Below are positions 1 to 9,935 of a stretch of 64,000 nucleotides of DNA, in pieces. The position numbers were made by a program, and so were the translations under genes. The first letter of the stretch is position 1; the number at the start of each line of letters is the position of its first letter. The notes beneath the pieces were generated by a model, which made no database searches, was not told where the DNA came from, and worked only from the letters and a program-made list of their open reading frames with translations. Origin of the DNA: Blastocatellia bacterium (GTDB lineage: Bacteria > Acidobacteriota > Blastocatellia > UBA7656); contig CAVXWP010000007.1 of NCBI GenBank assembly GCA_963765495.1, positions 224,001-288,000 on the forward strand, read 5' to 3'.

Positions 1-2
1 AC

Positions 3-3000
3 GGGACCCTGTTTAGCTTCAACGGCAGCGATCAGACATTAGACATTGCCGACTGGCTCTTCAGCCTTTCGCCTGACGGCATAAAGGCGAGTGACGGGAC
101 GCCGCCCATTCTGATACTCAAGTTTTATCCGGGGCAGTCGATCTCGACGCTTGTGAAAGATATGCAGTTGTGGTCCCAGCCCGACACCTTCAACGTAGCC
201 CCGTTCGACGCCTCGAAGGCTCAGGCTTATGTGCAACAGCAGATTCAGCAGGCGTGCGAGGCGGTTTACGGCGCGGGCAAATGCACCGACGGCATCCCGT
301 CTGGCGGAACGCCCGACACAAACTCGCTTTACTACAACTTCTACAGGGTAGTCACCGATCCGCTCTTCAACGGCATTCTGGCGCTCAATTGCAATATGCA
401 ACTCAACGCCCTCCCGGCGGCCATACGCGCGGTCCTGGGCGGGATGACCGATGCATCCGGCGCGAGCAATCTGGATGCCTTTCGCGTCCACCACGTAGGC
501 GTCGAGATCAACGACACCGACCCTAAAGTCTCTACGCCAACGCTTGCGCAAAGCTCGCTCTTCGGACTCGTAGACTATGAGAAACCGACCGACGGCGGCG
601 CTCCGCCATTGGGTCTCGATGTCAAGTACAATTTCGAGGTCGAATTCCTTCGCGCCCTCTTTACAAACTCCGAATTGCGCGAATTTTCCTGCAAGATAAA
701 CCTGACTATCAATAACCTCTTCGACACAGCAGTCTCGCTTGATGCAGGCTCGAGCAGCGCGCTCGTGGCGGAGGCCGAGTCCAGCAACGTAGTCGTTATT
801 ACCGGCTCTTATCAGGCTCACTCAACGACCGGCGATGATGCGAACTCCGGGCAGGGCATATACTCTTTTCTGGCCGAAGGCAATTTTGCCTTCAACTTCG
901 ACGAGGCCAACCCCTATCTGAAGAGCATCACGCTGACCAAGCTTCAGTTCTCGTTCCAGGAAGAGAACCCGACCGGCAACCCGAATACCTCTACCCTCAA
1001 GTCGCGCTTTTCCATCTGGGGAAACATGGTCTTCAAGGAACTCAACGTCCTTGATATTTTCTCTTTCGAGAAACTGGTCTTTGCCGATCTCGGCATTACC
1101 GTGAGCTTCGACCTGACGATTGATCCGCCAAATCAGCCTTCGACGGCAAATCTGAAACTGGGATTCTCGCCGGGCGATTTGCGCTTTGACTTTGCGCAGA
1201 CGACGGATCGGCAGTCGCCTACAAGTTTGCTGAGCCTGATCCCGTTCAAACTCAAATCCTTCCTGTACTCCCAGAACGCAGATCAAACGCTTCAGAGTCT
1301 GCAATATTACGCCGTAAGCGAAGTGCCCGGTCTGTCGAGCGTAAAGGACACGTTCAATTACGCGCTGATCTTCGATCTGGACCTGGGTTCGGTAGGCAGT
1401 CTGGTCGGCTCGCTTGCAGCCTTTAAGTTCAGCATCCTGATCGGCTGGCTGAGCGGTGACGAGGGAGGCATAGCCTTTGGCGTGCAACTGCCGGAGGCCG
1501 ACGGCAAACTGGAAATCAAGATCGAGGGTGTGCTGACTCTCTCTATTGAAGAGTTCAAGCTACAGTACAAGCCCATCGAAGACGGCTCCGGGAAGACCAT
1601 ATTCGTGCTGGCGCTGCATAATTCATATCTGGAATTGTTCGGCACCAGGCTGCCGCCCGGAAATGCGTTTTTCGATTTCGCACTCTTCGCGCCGAGCGAT
1701 GACGCGGCGCGAATCGGCTGGATAGCCGCCATCAATAATCAGTCAAAAGAGAGCGGCGGAAGCGAAAGCCTCGCGTTGAGAAGTGATGGTCAGGCGCTTG
1801 CCGAAAACGGAAACGGGAGCCCGGTCTTTGAACTGGTATATCTCGGCGGCGGCCAGCGAGTCGGCCCCGACCCGAGCAAACCGCCTACCAACTTTCAGGA
1901 CTTCCTCTCTTTCATGACGGGCGATTTCTGGGACGCGGTCAAAGCCAACAAGTACGACGAAGTCTATCACCCGGACAGCAACTGGCTGGTCGTAAGCGAT
2001 TTCAAACTGCTTGGCATCATCGAGGTCGGCTTCGTCTTTTATGATTTCACACCCTTCTACAGCCTGACGCTCAATGTCACGAAGTTGTTCAATTTCGAGA
2101 TCACCTATACAAAGATCAGCGACTCGATAGGGCTTTTCTATGCCGATCTGGCCTTGCCCGATACGCTGCGAACATTTCAGGTAGGCGCGGCCTCGCTGAC
2201 GCTGCCCTCCATCTCCGTGAGCGTCTACACAAACGGGAACTGGAAACTCGACGTAGGTTTCCCAAAAGGCGACGATTGGAGCCGGTCCTTCCGTGTGCAG
2301 GCGCAGGCCGGTCCTGTGCCCGTAACAGGGTCGGGCGGGTTTTATATCGCCAGCCTCAGTTCCGCCACAAGCTCTATTTTTAAGGGGAACTATCCGAGCA
2401 TCGTCGCCTTCGGGTTTGCCGCCCGTCTAGGCGTAGGCAAAGACTTCACGAGCGGCCCGCTCAAGGCAGGCATAAGCGTAACCTTCTTCGGCATCATTCA
2501 GGGCGCAGGCGGATACCTGGCAAGCGGCTCGGTGGATATATTTCAAACGCCCGACGCGCTCTCTTTGCAGGGGCAGTTCGGCATCATCGGCGAGCTTTAC
2601 GGCTCGATTGATTTCAAGATCATCAAGGCCAGTGTCAATGTGACGCTACAGGCCAGCATAGGCATACAGCTTTTATGGGAGCGGTCGATTCCCGGCAGCG
2701 GAACGATACTTCTCTATGTCGAAGCAAGCGTCAAGTTGAGTATAAAGGTGAGTATAGGCTTTGGCTTCTTCTCGATCTCTATCAGCTTCAGCTTTAAGGC
2801 CTCGTTCCGTTTCGAGTGGGTACTGGCCGGATCGCCTCCGTCGGTTGCGCTTCGCGCCCAGTGGTCCGAGCGTCTGGCGACAGGGTTTGTGCTTACGGCT
2901 GCGCCGCTTGCGCTGTGTCCGGGCTTGAACTCTAAAGTGCCGCTCTGGTTCCTGCCGGAACTCACGGTGATCTTCCCGAATACGACCGGCACGGGCGCGC

Positions 3001-6000
3001 CGTGGTTTGTCTGCTCGCTTGGCATCCCGTACGACTCGAACCCGCCCGCCGATCCTACTTACGCGCAGTTTATGCCTTTCGAGGCCGTCACTACGCAACT
3101 CGTGACCTGGGCGCTTTCGAATACCTCGGAGCACACGGGCTGCTCATCGGTAGTCACACAAGAACAGTTGCAGGGACTCGACGAGGCTCCTGAGATACTG
3201 GTTGGCTGGGTAGATTATCCGTCGCTCATAACCGAACTGTCGAATTTCGCGGTCGAGATCGTAGTCCCGACCGGCGAGCCGGGAACCGAAAAGAGCGCGA
3301 CCACATTCCCGATGCTCCCCTTCCTGAAGCTTGAGACGAAGGGCCGCCTCGAAGGCGGTCAGTCTGCCGATCTCTCCTATCAGTTCTTGTCAAAGAATCT
3401 GGTTTCAGACAGCTACATTCAGGAAGTCGAAGAGTATTTCAATCAGCTTTTCGTCAATCAGACTCAGGGCGAGCCGCCCACGCTCAAAGCGGCTACGGAG
3501 GCGACCACGCCCCTGATTCAGGAGATATTCCTCGACTATTTCACCGGCCTGATACGGGGCGGCGTGCATCAGCTTTTGCAATACATGCAGGACGAGAAGA
3601 TCACGGAATCACCGCTTGACGAACTGATCCGCAAGGCGGTCGGAGCCGGTCTGGTCATGTCGCTTGCCGGTCAGATGTCGAGTTCGTTCCGGGGTGGGGT
3701 ACGACTGCCTTACACGCCGGGGCTGACGGTTCCGGGCGGGGCGGCGCTCACGACTACCAATCCGCTTTACGCGCTGCTGTGGCAGGAATTTCCCGCAGGC
3801 CAACTCAGCCCCGTCGAGGGTGATACGACTACATCGCAGTACACTATCGAACTCACAAACCCCGACGCTACGCAGACGTGGGTCAAGTCAAGCGTCAACT
3901 GGCCGCTTACAAATGAGGAACTCGCCCCGTATCAGAACCTCAAGGCGAGCGACGTGATACCGCCGAGCGTGCCCGTGCAGTTGCCGTTTACCAATACCGG
4001 CCCGCAGTCGTTCTCATTTGAAAATCCCGTGGTCTGGACTCAGCCCGACAATAAGACCGTGAGCCTGCGCCCGTTCCCCTCTAATTTGCAGCAACTCCAG
4101 AGCGTGGAAGCAGGCGCAATCAGCGTGCTTGTGGAATCGCGCGAGACGGGCGCTCCATATCTGCCCGGCGGCACCCTGCTCTCGCCGCAGAGTTTCAACT
4201 GGGTGACGATGATAACCCTGACGGTCAAGCAGATTCCGGCGACTTCGGGCAAAGACTCGCTGCCGGACATTTTCGCCCTGAGCGGAGCCAGTCAGCAGGA
4301 TCAAGCTCTGATCGAGCAGATTCTCCGCGAACTTGAAGGCGGGGAAGACCCGATAGTTTCGCTCCAGGTGCTGTACCAGACCGAAGCCGGGGCCACCGGG
4401 CTCACATCGGTTACGATCAATCCGCAGGATGTATTCGCTCTGCGGACCAACACGACTACAGTTTCGGCCCCGCCCGCGAGCGCAAACCTCCTTTTCAAAG
4501 CCCTGGCCGTGACGCCCGGCGTAGCCGTAGGCGCGACCATAGATGACCATTACGGTTTCCTCCAGATCATTCAGCAGGCGGCCGTAACGAATGCCCCCGG
4601 CTACAACCTCCGCTATGAGGATGCGACGGGTAATGGTCTGCCGACGGACCTGTTCAATGCCGGTCCCGCTCCGCTGACCTTGCTTGTGGCTTATAAACCG
4701 GACGGCTCACAAAACACCGAAGCCTCGCCCGCTCAGGTGCTTCCTTTCTACAACGGTATCGTGCTCACAGCCGCCGTGGATGGTCTGTTGTATTACGCGG
4801 ACACGACCGACCCGGCTCTTGAAACGCAGTACAATGCCGTGGCGGCCGGTTCGGTTGGCGCAGAGTTGACGCGTTCCGATAGCGTGATGAAATTGCGTAC
4901 GCCACAAACGCTTGCCGCAACAGCCGGGCTTAAATCAGAAGGAGGTCACACGCGCGCGGAACTCGTCAGCGCCATCTGCGCGGCGGGCGTAACGGATCAC
5001 GCACAACTGCGCAGTCTTATGGTTGAAGCCGGGGCCGCGCCCGCTCAATTGAATGCCCTCTACAGCCTGATTACCTATCAGGTCGAAGCGTCGGCGGGCT
5101 TTATTCAGAGCAACCTCTCGGCACCCATCCAGCCTCAGCAGCCCGACCCCGATACCGAAAGCGAACTGCGCGATTACCGCGTGTTTGTGCCGCTATATAA
5201 TCTGGCCACCGCAAATCAATCTCTGCCGCCCGATACCCCGCCCAACCGTTACGCGAGCATAGATGCTTCGTTCAGCGTTGATTTCTTCCAGAACGATGCG
5301 TTTGGAAATCAGATGCCGACCTCGCTCGGTTTCGGCGGGACCAATCTCTATTTCGATCCGATCACGCCCGTAGACGAATGGCTCGGCGTAGTGACGGCCT
5401 ACGACTTCCTTGTCGACACCAAGCCGCAGCCAAATACCTTTAGCGTCTATCTGTACCCAAGCGCCTCGGCTTTCTCCGGCGATGAGTTTACCTCCGATCA
5501 GGCCGCCGCCGCGCTGCAACTCTACCAGACCGCGTACGACCAGATCACCGGCCCCGGCGTTTCCTTCTATGTAGAGGCCAACTTTGCGCTTCAATCGGAT
5601 GGAACTATGGTAAAGGTCGAACTGTCCCAGTCGCAGAGTGCGGCCATTGTGGATATGGTAGGCAAGCTGGTCGAGTATCTGGAGAAGTTCGATACCAACC
5701 CGCCGTTTGATGTGCCGCCGGTAACATTGACGGTGAGTGTGACGGGAACCGGAACGCTTCCGCCCGTATTCGAGATGGCCGTGCTGCTCGGCATCGAACG
5801 CGACCCGGATTTGGTTTCGCCTCTGCTTAAGAATGAGTTCGGGCAGATCACATTCCCCTCGGCGCAGAACGTAAGCAGCACGATCTCTTCGACCGTCGGA
5901 GCCTCGCTCGATGGTCAGTCCTCCGTAGACATCAACACCTTCGCGGCAAACTTCGTGCAGGCATTCCCGGCCCTGTCGCTTTCGGTCGGGCTCAACGGGG

Positions 6001-8315
6001 CGACATCGCCACAGCAGCAATCGAGCGCGGGGCTTGCGCGCAAACAACTCAAGGCTCTCGGCCTGCCCGGTGACGGGACGGGCGCGAGCCAGAAGGGACC
6101 GCAGTCGCTCTGGGCTGTTCAGCACTCGTTGCTCGACATTACCATAGGCGCGGGCGCGGGCTCGGGGCCGCGCTACATGTCGCCCAAGCCGCTTGATAAC
6201 ACGCTCAACACTGCGGTCGTGCCCTTGCCGCAACTCGATAGCTCGCTTCCGCAGTTGCCCACCGAGCAACTCTTCACCGATGTGGACCTCGATCAGTTCA
6301 ATCGATCTTTCTTCCAGTCGGTCGATAACATACTCGCGCCCGCCTCGGCGGCCAAAGCCTTCGAGGTGGCGACCGATGCCTACAACACCATAACGCTCGG
6401 GCGTAAGACGCTGGCCGAAGAGTACTCGCAATACGAGGTCGAATGGTTGTTCTCGGTCAATTCGCCCTTCACAGGAACCAGCGATCAACTCACAGCCGCG
6501 CGCGAAGATTTCCAGCAGCAAATGCGCGCCGCATTGCTGACGGCCTACTCGGTCGATACGCTCGTGCAGTATTCGGTTAGCTGGAATTCGAGCGTACCGC
6601 CTGCCGCCGATGATCGTATTTCGCTCTTTGGTCAGGTGCAGCCTCCGAGCGGGCCGCTCAAGGGGAACGACGGGCTTTCGACCGCTCACGTAGCGGTAAG
6701 CAGCACCGGCCCCGGGCTGCTGACATTCCTCTATGGAACCTCGGCAGTGCGCGACATCGCGCAGGTATCGCTCGACCTCGTATACAATGTCACGCACGTC
6801 GAGTACTTCCTTGAGCCTGCGAACCAGACCCCGCCCGGCGAGGCGCGTCCGTCGATCTGGCTGCAACTCGTGAACCCCTATCCAGACGGGTTGCCTCACA
6901 TAGGCCCGGCAGATAAGGAGACGATCATCCCGCTGGTCTTCCGCCAGTACCCGACGCCGCCCGTATTCATAAACCAGTCGGGAGCCGAGGGAACGAGTTC
7001 TGAACCGACAAACCAGACATCCGAGAACCCGCTTACGGCTGCCGCCGCCTGGCATTACATCTATTCCTATCAGTCGCAGCTTACGGCGCACGACCTGATC
7101 ATCAGCCTGATAACCTACAACACCAACCTGACGGCGGCCTCAAGCGGCGGGAATCAGTTAAAGACTGCCAATGCGGCGGCGGGGCCGTTTACGCTATTTC
7201 AGGCGCTTGCGCGCTTCACGGCCGCTTACGCCTTGCTACAGCCGATCCTCAAAAATCTCGATGATCCGGCCTGGGCGAAGGCGGCCGAAGCCTTTGCCTC
7301 GCTCGTAACCGAAGTCACCGAGAATATAGACTGGAACCCGGTGAATCAGTTTGCGCTCAAGGCATCGCTTGCCAACATCACAGACAGTTACACGATCACC
7401 GACGTGCCGCAAAACAACCAGCAACTCATCACGCTTGAATGGACCCCGGAGCAGGGCGAGTCAAGCTGGCCGGGCGCTACGCTTTCAATCCTTGCGCTTG
7501 CCCCCAACGGGCAGCCCTATCCGAATCAGATTCAGGGAAAGGTGCCCAACGGGATTACAGACCTCTACACGCCCATCCCGCCGCTGGTTGATCAGTGGGT
7601 GATTCATCAGGTTGAGGTTGATTCGCTCAACGTGCTGATGGCCGAAAACGCGCTGATGGGTGTTCAGATAGAGCGCAACCTGATTCAGTTGGAAGACGGG
7701 CAGGGGACGACCTGGGAGGCTCTAACCGAGTTTGTTTACAAGACGCCGATGGTGCGTCCGAGCCAGCCGGTCACGCCGTTTGTCACCTACGACGGGGCGA
7801 TTGACGTAGCGCAATTGCCAAATCAGGGGATAAGCACCGGGTGTCCGTCGTCGGAGTCCAGCCTGTGCCAGCGCGTCTACACGATGATGTACGACCTGCT
7901 GGCCGACCCCGATCAGATAACGGGATTGCTTGAGGCAAAGGTTGGAGCGGGTCTTGAGGAGAGCGCGGCGCGGCGTGTGAAGGTCGGATGCGGCTTCCAG
8001 TATCCGGTGTCGGCGGTATCGGGCGGCCAGGTAGGCAACAATCCGATCACTCCTCTGGTTCCCGTAGTGCTGGCGCGTTCCTTTGATCTGGATGCCGCTC
8101 AGGAGGATCAGTTGAATGAGTTCGCCGATCTTTACTCTCAGGCCATAAGTCATTGGAGCGATATAAGTGGAGTGAGTTTCGGACCCTCCTCAGAGCCCGC
8201 CCAGGCGCGGCTGGTTTTTGACATAACGCTATATGCGCAATTAAGCGGCCTCAACACTCCCGTGCTGCGGCTGTCGAATTTGCAATTGAAGCTAACCGAT
8301 ATAGACCCGGTTTGA
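3..8315 (+). CDS. Giant uncharacterised protein, 5' truncated by the window edge (>2770 aa)
   Basis: The frame of ORF 153..8315 stays open back to position 3 (GTLFSFNGSDQTLDIADWLF...PPILILKFYP), so GTG153 is probably not the true start. The N-terminal part is rich in amphipathic beta-strands; the rest is S/T/P/Q-rich with no recognisable catalytic motif. Confidence 0.85.
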   Translation, partial: GTLFSFNGSDQTLDIADWLFSLSPDGIKASDGTPPILILKFYPGQSISTLVKDMQLWSQPDTFNVAPFDASKAQAYVQQQIQQACEAVYGAGKCTDGIPSGGTPDTNSLYYNFYRVVTDPLFNGILALNCNMQLNALPAAIRAVLGGMTDASGASNLDAFRVHHVGVEINDTDPKVSTPTLAQSSLFGLVDYEKPTDGGAPPLGLDVKYNFEVEFLRALFTNSELREFSCKINLTINNLFDTAVSLDAGSSSALVAEAESSNVVVITGSYQAHSTTGDDANSGQGIYSFLAEGNFAFNFDEANPYLKSITLTKLQFSFQEENPTGNPNTSTLKSRFSIWGNMVFKELNVLDIFSFEKLVFADLGITVSFDLTIDPPNQPSTANLKLGFSPGDLRFDFAQTTDRQSPTSLLSLIPFKLKSFLYSQNADQTLQSLQYYAVSEVPGLSSVKDTFNYALIFDLDLGSVGSLVGSLAAFKFSILIGWLSGDEGGIAFGVQLPEADGKLEIKIEGVLTLSIEEFKLQYKPIEDGSGKTIFVLALHNSYLELFGTRLPPGNAFFDFALFAPSDDAARIGWIAAINNQSKESGGSESLALRSDGQALAENGNGSPVFELVYLGGGQRVGPDPSKPPTNFQDFLSFMTGDFWDAVKANKYDEVYHPDSNWLVVSDFKLLGIIEVGFVFYDFTPFYSLTLNVTKLFNFEITYTKISDSIGLFYADLALPDTLRTFQVGAASLTLPSISVSVYTNGNWKLDVGFPKGDDWSRSFRVQAQAGPVPVTGSGGFYIASLSSATSSIFKGNYPSIVAFGFAARLGVGKDFTSGPLKAGISVTFFGIIQGAGGYLASGSVDIFQTPDALSLQGQFGIIGELYGSIDFKIIKASVNVTLQASIGIQLLWERSIPGSGTILLYVEASVKLSIKVSIGFGFFSISISFSFKASFRFEWVLAGSPPSVALRAQWSERLATGFVLTAAPLALCPGLNSKVPLWFLPELTVIFPNTTGTGAPWFVCSLGIPYDSNPPADPTYAQFMPFEAVTTQLVTWALSNTSEHTGCSSVVTQEQLQGLDEAPEILVGWVDYPSLITELSNFAVEIVVPTGEPGTEKSATTFPMLPFLKLETKGRLEGGQSADLSYQFLSKNLVSDSYIQEVEEYFNQLFVNQTQGEPPTLKAATEATTPLIQEIFLDYFTGLIRGGVHQLLQYMQDEKITESPLDELIRKAVGAGLVMSLAGQMSSSFRGGVRLPYTPGLTVPGGAALTTTNPLYALLWQEFPAGQLSPVEGDTTTSQYTIELTNPDATQTWVKSSVNWPLTNEELAPYQNLKASDVIPPSVPVQLPFTNTGPQSFSFENPVVWTQPDNKTVSLRPFPSNLQQLQSVEAGAISVLVESRETGAPYLPGGTLLSPQSFNWVTMITLTVKQIPATSGKDSLPDIFALSGASQQDQALIEQILRELEGGEDPIVSLQVLYQTEAGATGLTSVTINPQDVFALRTNTTTVSAPPASANLLFKALAVTPGVAVGATIDDHYGFLQIIQQAAVTNAPGYNLRYEDATGNGLPTDLFNAGPAPLTLLVAYKPDGSQNTEASPAQVLPFYNGIVLTAAVDGLLYYADTTDPALETQYNAVAAGSVGAELTRSDSVMKLRTPQTLAATAGLKSEGGHTRAELVSAICAAGVTDHAQLRSLMVEAGAAPAQLNALYSLITYQVEASAGFIQSNLSAPIQPQQPDPDTESELRDYRVFVPLYNLATANQSLPPDTPPNRYASIDASFSVDFFQNDAFGNQMPTSLGFGGTNLYFDPITPVDEWLGVVTAYDFLVDTKPQPNTFSVYLYPSASAFSGDEFTSDQAAAALQLYQTAYDQITGPGVSFYVEANFALQSDGTMVKVELSQSQSAAIVDMVGKLVEYLEKFDTNPPFDVPPVTLTVSVTGTGTLPPVFEMAVLLGIERDPDLVSPLLKNEFGQITFPSAQNVSSTISSTVGASLDGQSSVDINTFAANFVQAFPALSLSVGLNGATSPQQQSSAGLARKQLKALGLPGDGTGASQKGPQSLWAVQHSLLDITIGAGAGSGPRYMSPKPLDNTLNTAVVPLPQLDSSLPQLPTEQLFTDVDLDQFNRSFFQSVDNILAPASAAKAFEVATDAYNTITLGRKTLAEEYSQYEVEWLFSVNSPFTGTSDQLTAAREDFQQQMRAALLTAYSVDTLVQYSVSWNSSVPPAADDRISLFGQVQPPSGPLKGNDGLSTAHVAVSSTGPGLLTFLYGTSAVRDIAQVSLDLVYNVTHVEYFLEPANQTPPGEARPSIWLQLVNPYPDGLPHIGPADKETIIPLVFRQYPTPPVFINQSGAEGTSSEPTNQTSENPLTAAAAWHYIYSYQSQLTAHDLIISLITYNTNLTAASSGGNQLKTANAAAGPFTLFQALARFTAAYALLQPILKNLDDPAWAKAAEAFASLVTEVTENIDWNPVNQFALKASLANITDSYTITDVPQNNQQLITLEWTPEQGESSWPGATLSILALAPNGQPYPNQIQGKVPNGITDLYTPIPPLVDQWVIHQVEVDSLNVLMAENALMGVQIERNLIQLEDGQGTTWEALTEFVYKTPMVRPSQPVTPFVTYDGAIDVAQLPNQGISTGCPSSESSLCQRVYTMMYDLLADPDQITGLLEAKVGAGLEESAARRVKVGCGFQYPVSAVSGGQVGNNPITPLVPVVLARSFDLDAAQEDQLNEFADLYSQAISHWSDISGVSFGPSSEPAQARLVFDITLYAQLSGLNTPVLRLSNLQLKLTDIDPV

Positions 8316-8395
8316 AATTCGCCTTTTGCACGCGGGCGGTTTCACGCAGAGTCAAACCACTGCCCCCCCCGGGGCGTTATTTTAAGGAGAAAACG

Positions 8396-9115
8396 ATGGC
8401 AAAGTCTAAGAAACATGACTTTCTTGTAATTGACCAGAATTCTGTCAACACAACGTGGACCGGATCGCCGACCACGCTTTTGCCAAATCAGAACGCGAAC
8501 CTGCCGCAGACGACAAACGGCTCGATGGTATTCGCCTATCAAAACCAGACGACAAAGAACAATCAGGGAACGCTGTCGCTCACATCGGGAGGAGGCGCGC
8601 CTGATTTTTTGACCGCGCAGGCACTTGCCAACCAGCCGAGCATACTGGTCAAGAACTGGCAGGCCAACAACCTGAGCGTCACAAATATCAGCCCTCCTTC
8701 TTCTGACACGCCGATCTGGATCATGGCGATTGGGCCGGGTTTGCCCGGGGTCAATCCGGCAACTCTGCCTGTAGACGGCACCCCCGTAGGGTTGAGCACA
8801 AATCAAACGGCTCAAGGCAATGCGTTGCCCCGATACATGCAGATGGTCATCCAATCCAACACGGGCGATCTGACCATAATCGCCGTAATCGGCGGCCCGC
8901 CCGACCAGTCAGGCAATAACGCGTATGTCTTTGCGGTGAACTCGACTCAGAACACTGGCCCCGGAACGGGCTTTCCGCCACCGGCAGGTTATTACGCTAC
9001 CTCGACCAGCAATTTCATCACGTTCCAGTTTAACTGGGGCAGCTCGGCGATCTTTGTTGCCAATATGTCGCCAGCGACTGCGGCTGTGGCCAAGGTCTCC
9101 GTGCGGGCACTCTAA
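8396..9115 (+). CDS. Uncharacterised N/S/T/G/P-rich beta protein, paralogue 1 of 3
   Basis: AAGGAGA RBS before ATG8396 (MAKSKKH...). Aligns end to end with the next two ORFs. No signal peptide. Confidence 0.85.
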   Translation: MAKSKKHDFLVIDQNSVNTTWTGSPTTLLPNQNANLPQTTNGSMVFAYQNQTTKNNQGTLSLTSGGGAPDFLTAQALANQPSILVKNWQANNLSVTNISPPSSDTPIWIMAIGPGLPGVNPATLPVDGTPVGLSTNQTAQGNALPRYMQMVIQSNTGDLTIIAVIGGPPDQSGNNAYVFAVNSTQNTGPGTGFPPPAGYYATSTSNFITFQFNWGSSAIFVANMSPATAAVAKVSVRAL

Positions 9116-9129
9116 GTCTAAACTAAATC

Positions 9130-9161
9130 AAGCCCCGATGGCTCGACCATCGGGGCTTTTT
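9130..9161 (+). terminator. Intrinsic terminator between paralogues 1 and 2
   Basis: Stem AAGCCCCGATGG-ctcga-CCATCGGGGCTT ending in a T run. Confidence 0.75.
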
Positions 9162-9174
9162 GCGAGAACCGTCT

Positions 9175-9903
9175 ATGACTACTCGAAAGCATCCCCCAAG
9201 CTCAACCTTTCAGCTTATCGACCAGAACTCCGTCAACTCAACGTGGAACGGGTCCCCGATTACGCTTTTGCCAAACCAGAACGCGAATATGCCGCAGACG
9301 ACAAACGGCTCGATGGTCTTTGCCTACTTCAACCAGTCTCAGCAGAACAATCAGGGGACGCTGTCGCTCACGTCGGGAGGAGGCGCGCCTGATTTTTTGA
9401 CCGCGCAGGCACTTGCCAACCAGCCGAGCATACTGGTCAAGAACTGGCAGGCCAGCAACCTGAGCGTCACAAATATCAGCCCTCCTTCTTCGAACACGCC
9501 GATCTGGATTTCGGCATTCGGGCCGGGGCTGCCGGGATGGTTTTGCCTCTCTCTTCCAACGACGGGCAACCCAGTTCAACTCGGTGTGGCGCAGTGCGCG
9601 CAGGGTAACGCCGAGCCGCGATACATGCAACTGGTCATGCAATCAAGCACAGGAGACCTGACCATTTTTGCCGTAATCGGCGGCCCGCCCGATCAGTCAG
9701 GCAACAACGCGTATGTCTTTGCGGTGAATTCGACTCAGAACACAGGCCCCGGAACGGGTTTCACGCCACCGGCAGGCTATTACGCCACGACTACAGGCAA
9801 TTTCATCACGTTTCAGTTCAACTGGGGCAGTTCACTTGTGTACGTGGTAAATCTATCGCCCTCATCGGCATCAGGAGGTAGAGTGCAACTTTCCCGGCTG
9901 TAA
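9175..9903 (+). CDS. Uncharacterised beta protein, paralogue 2 of 3
   Basis: ATG9175 (MTTRKH...). Long stretches of DNA identical to paralogues 1 and 3. Confidence 0.8.
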   Translation: MTTRKHPPSSTFQLIDQNSVNSTWNGSPITLLPNQNANMPQTTNGSMVFAYFNQSQQNNQGTLSLTSGGGAPDFLTAQALANQPSILVKNWQASNLSVTNISPPSSNTPIWISAFGPGLPGWFCLSLPTTGNPVQLGVAQCAQGNAEPRYMQLVMQSSTGDLTIFAVIGGPPDQSGNNAYVFAVNSTQNTGPGTGFTPPAGYYATTTGNFITFQFNWGSSLVYVVNLSPSSASGGRVQLSRL

Positions 9904-9935
9904 TCTCGGCCGATTAAGTAAATTAAGGATTGATC

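Noticed and set aside
5193-7091. 632-aa antisense ORF and the many other overlapping ORFs in the track
   Set aside because: Shadow frames of GC-rich real genes, with Arg-rich unnatural composition and no motifs.
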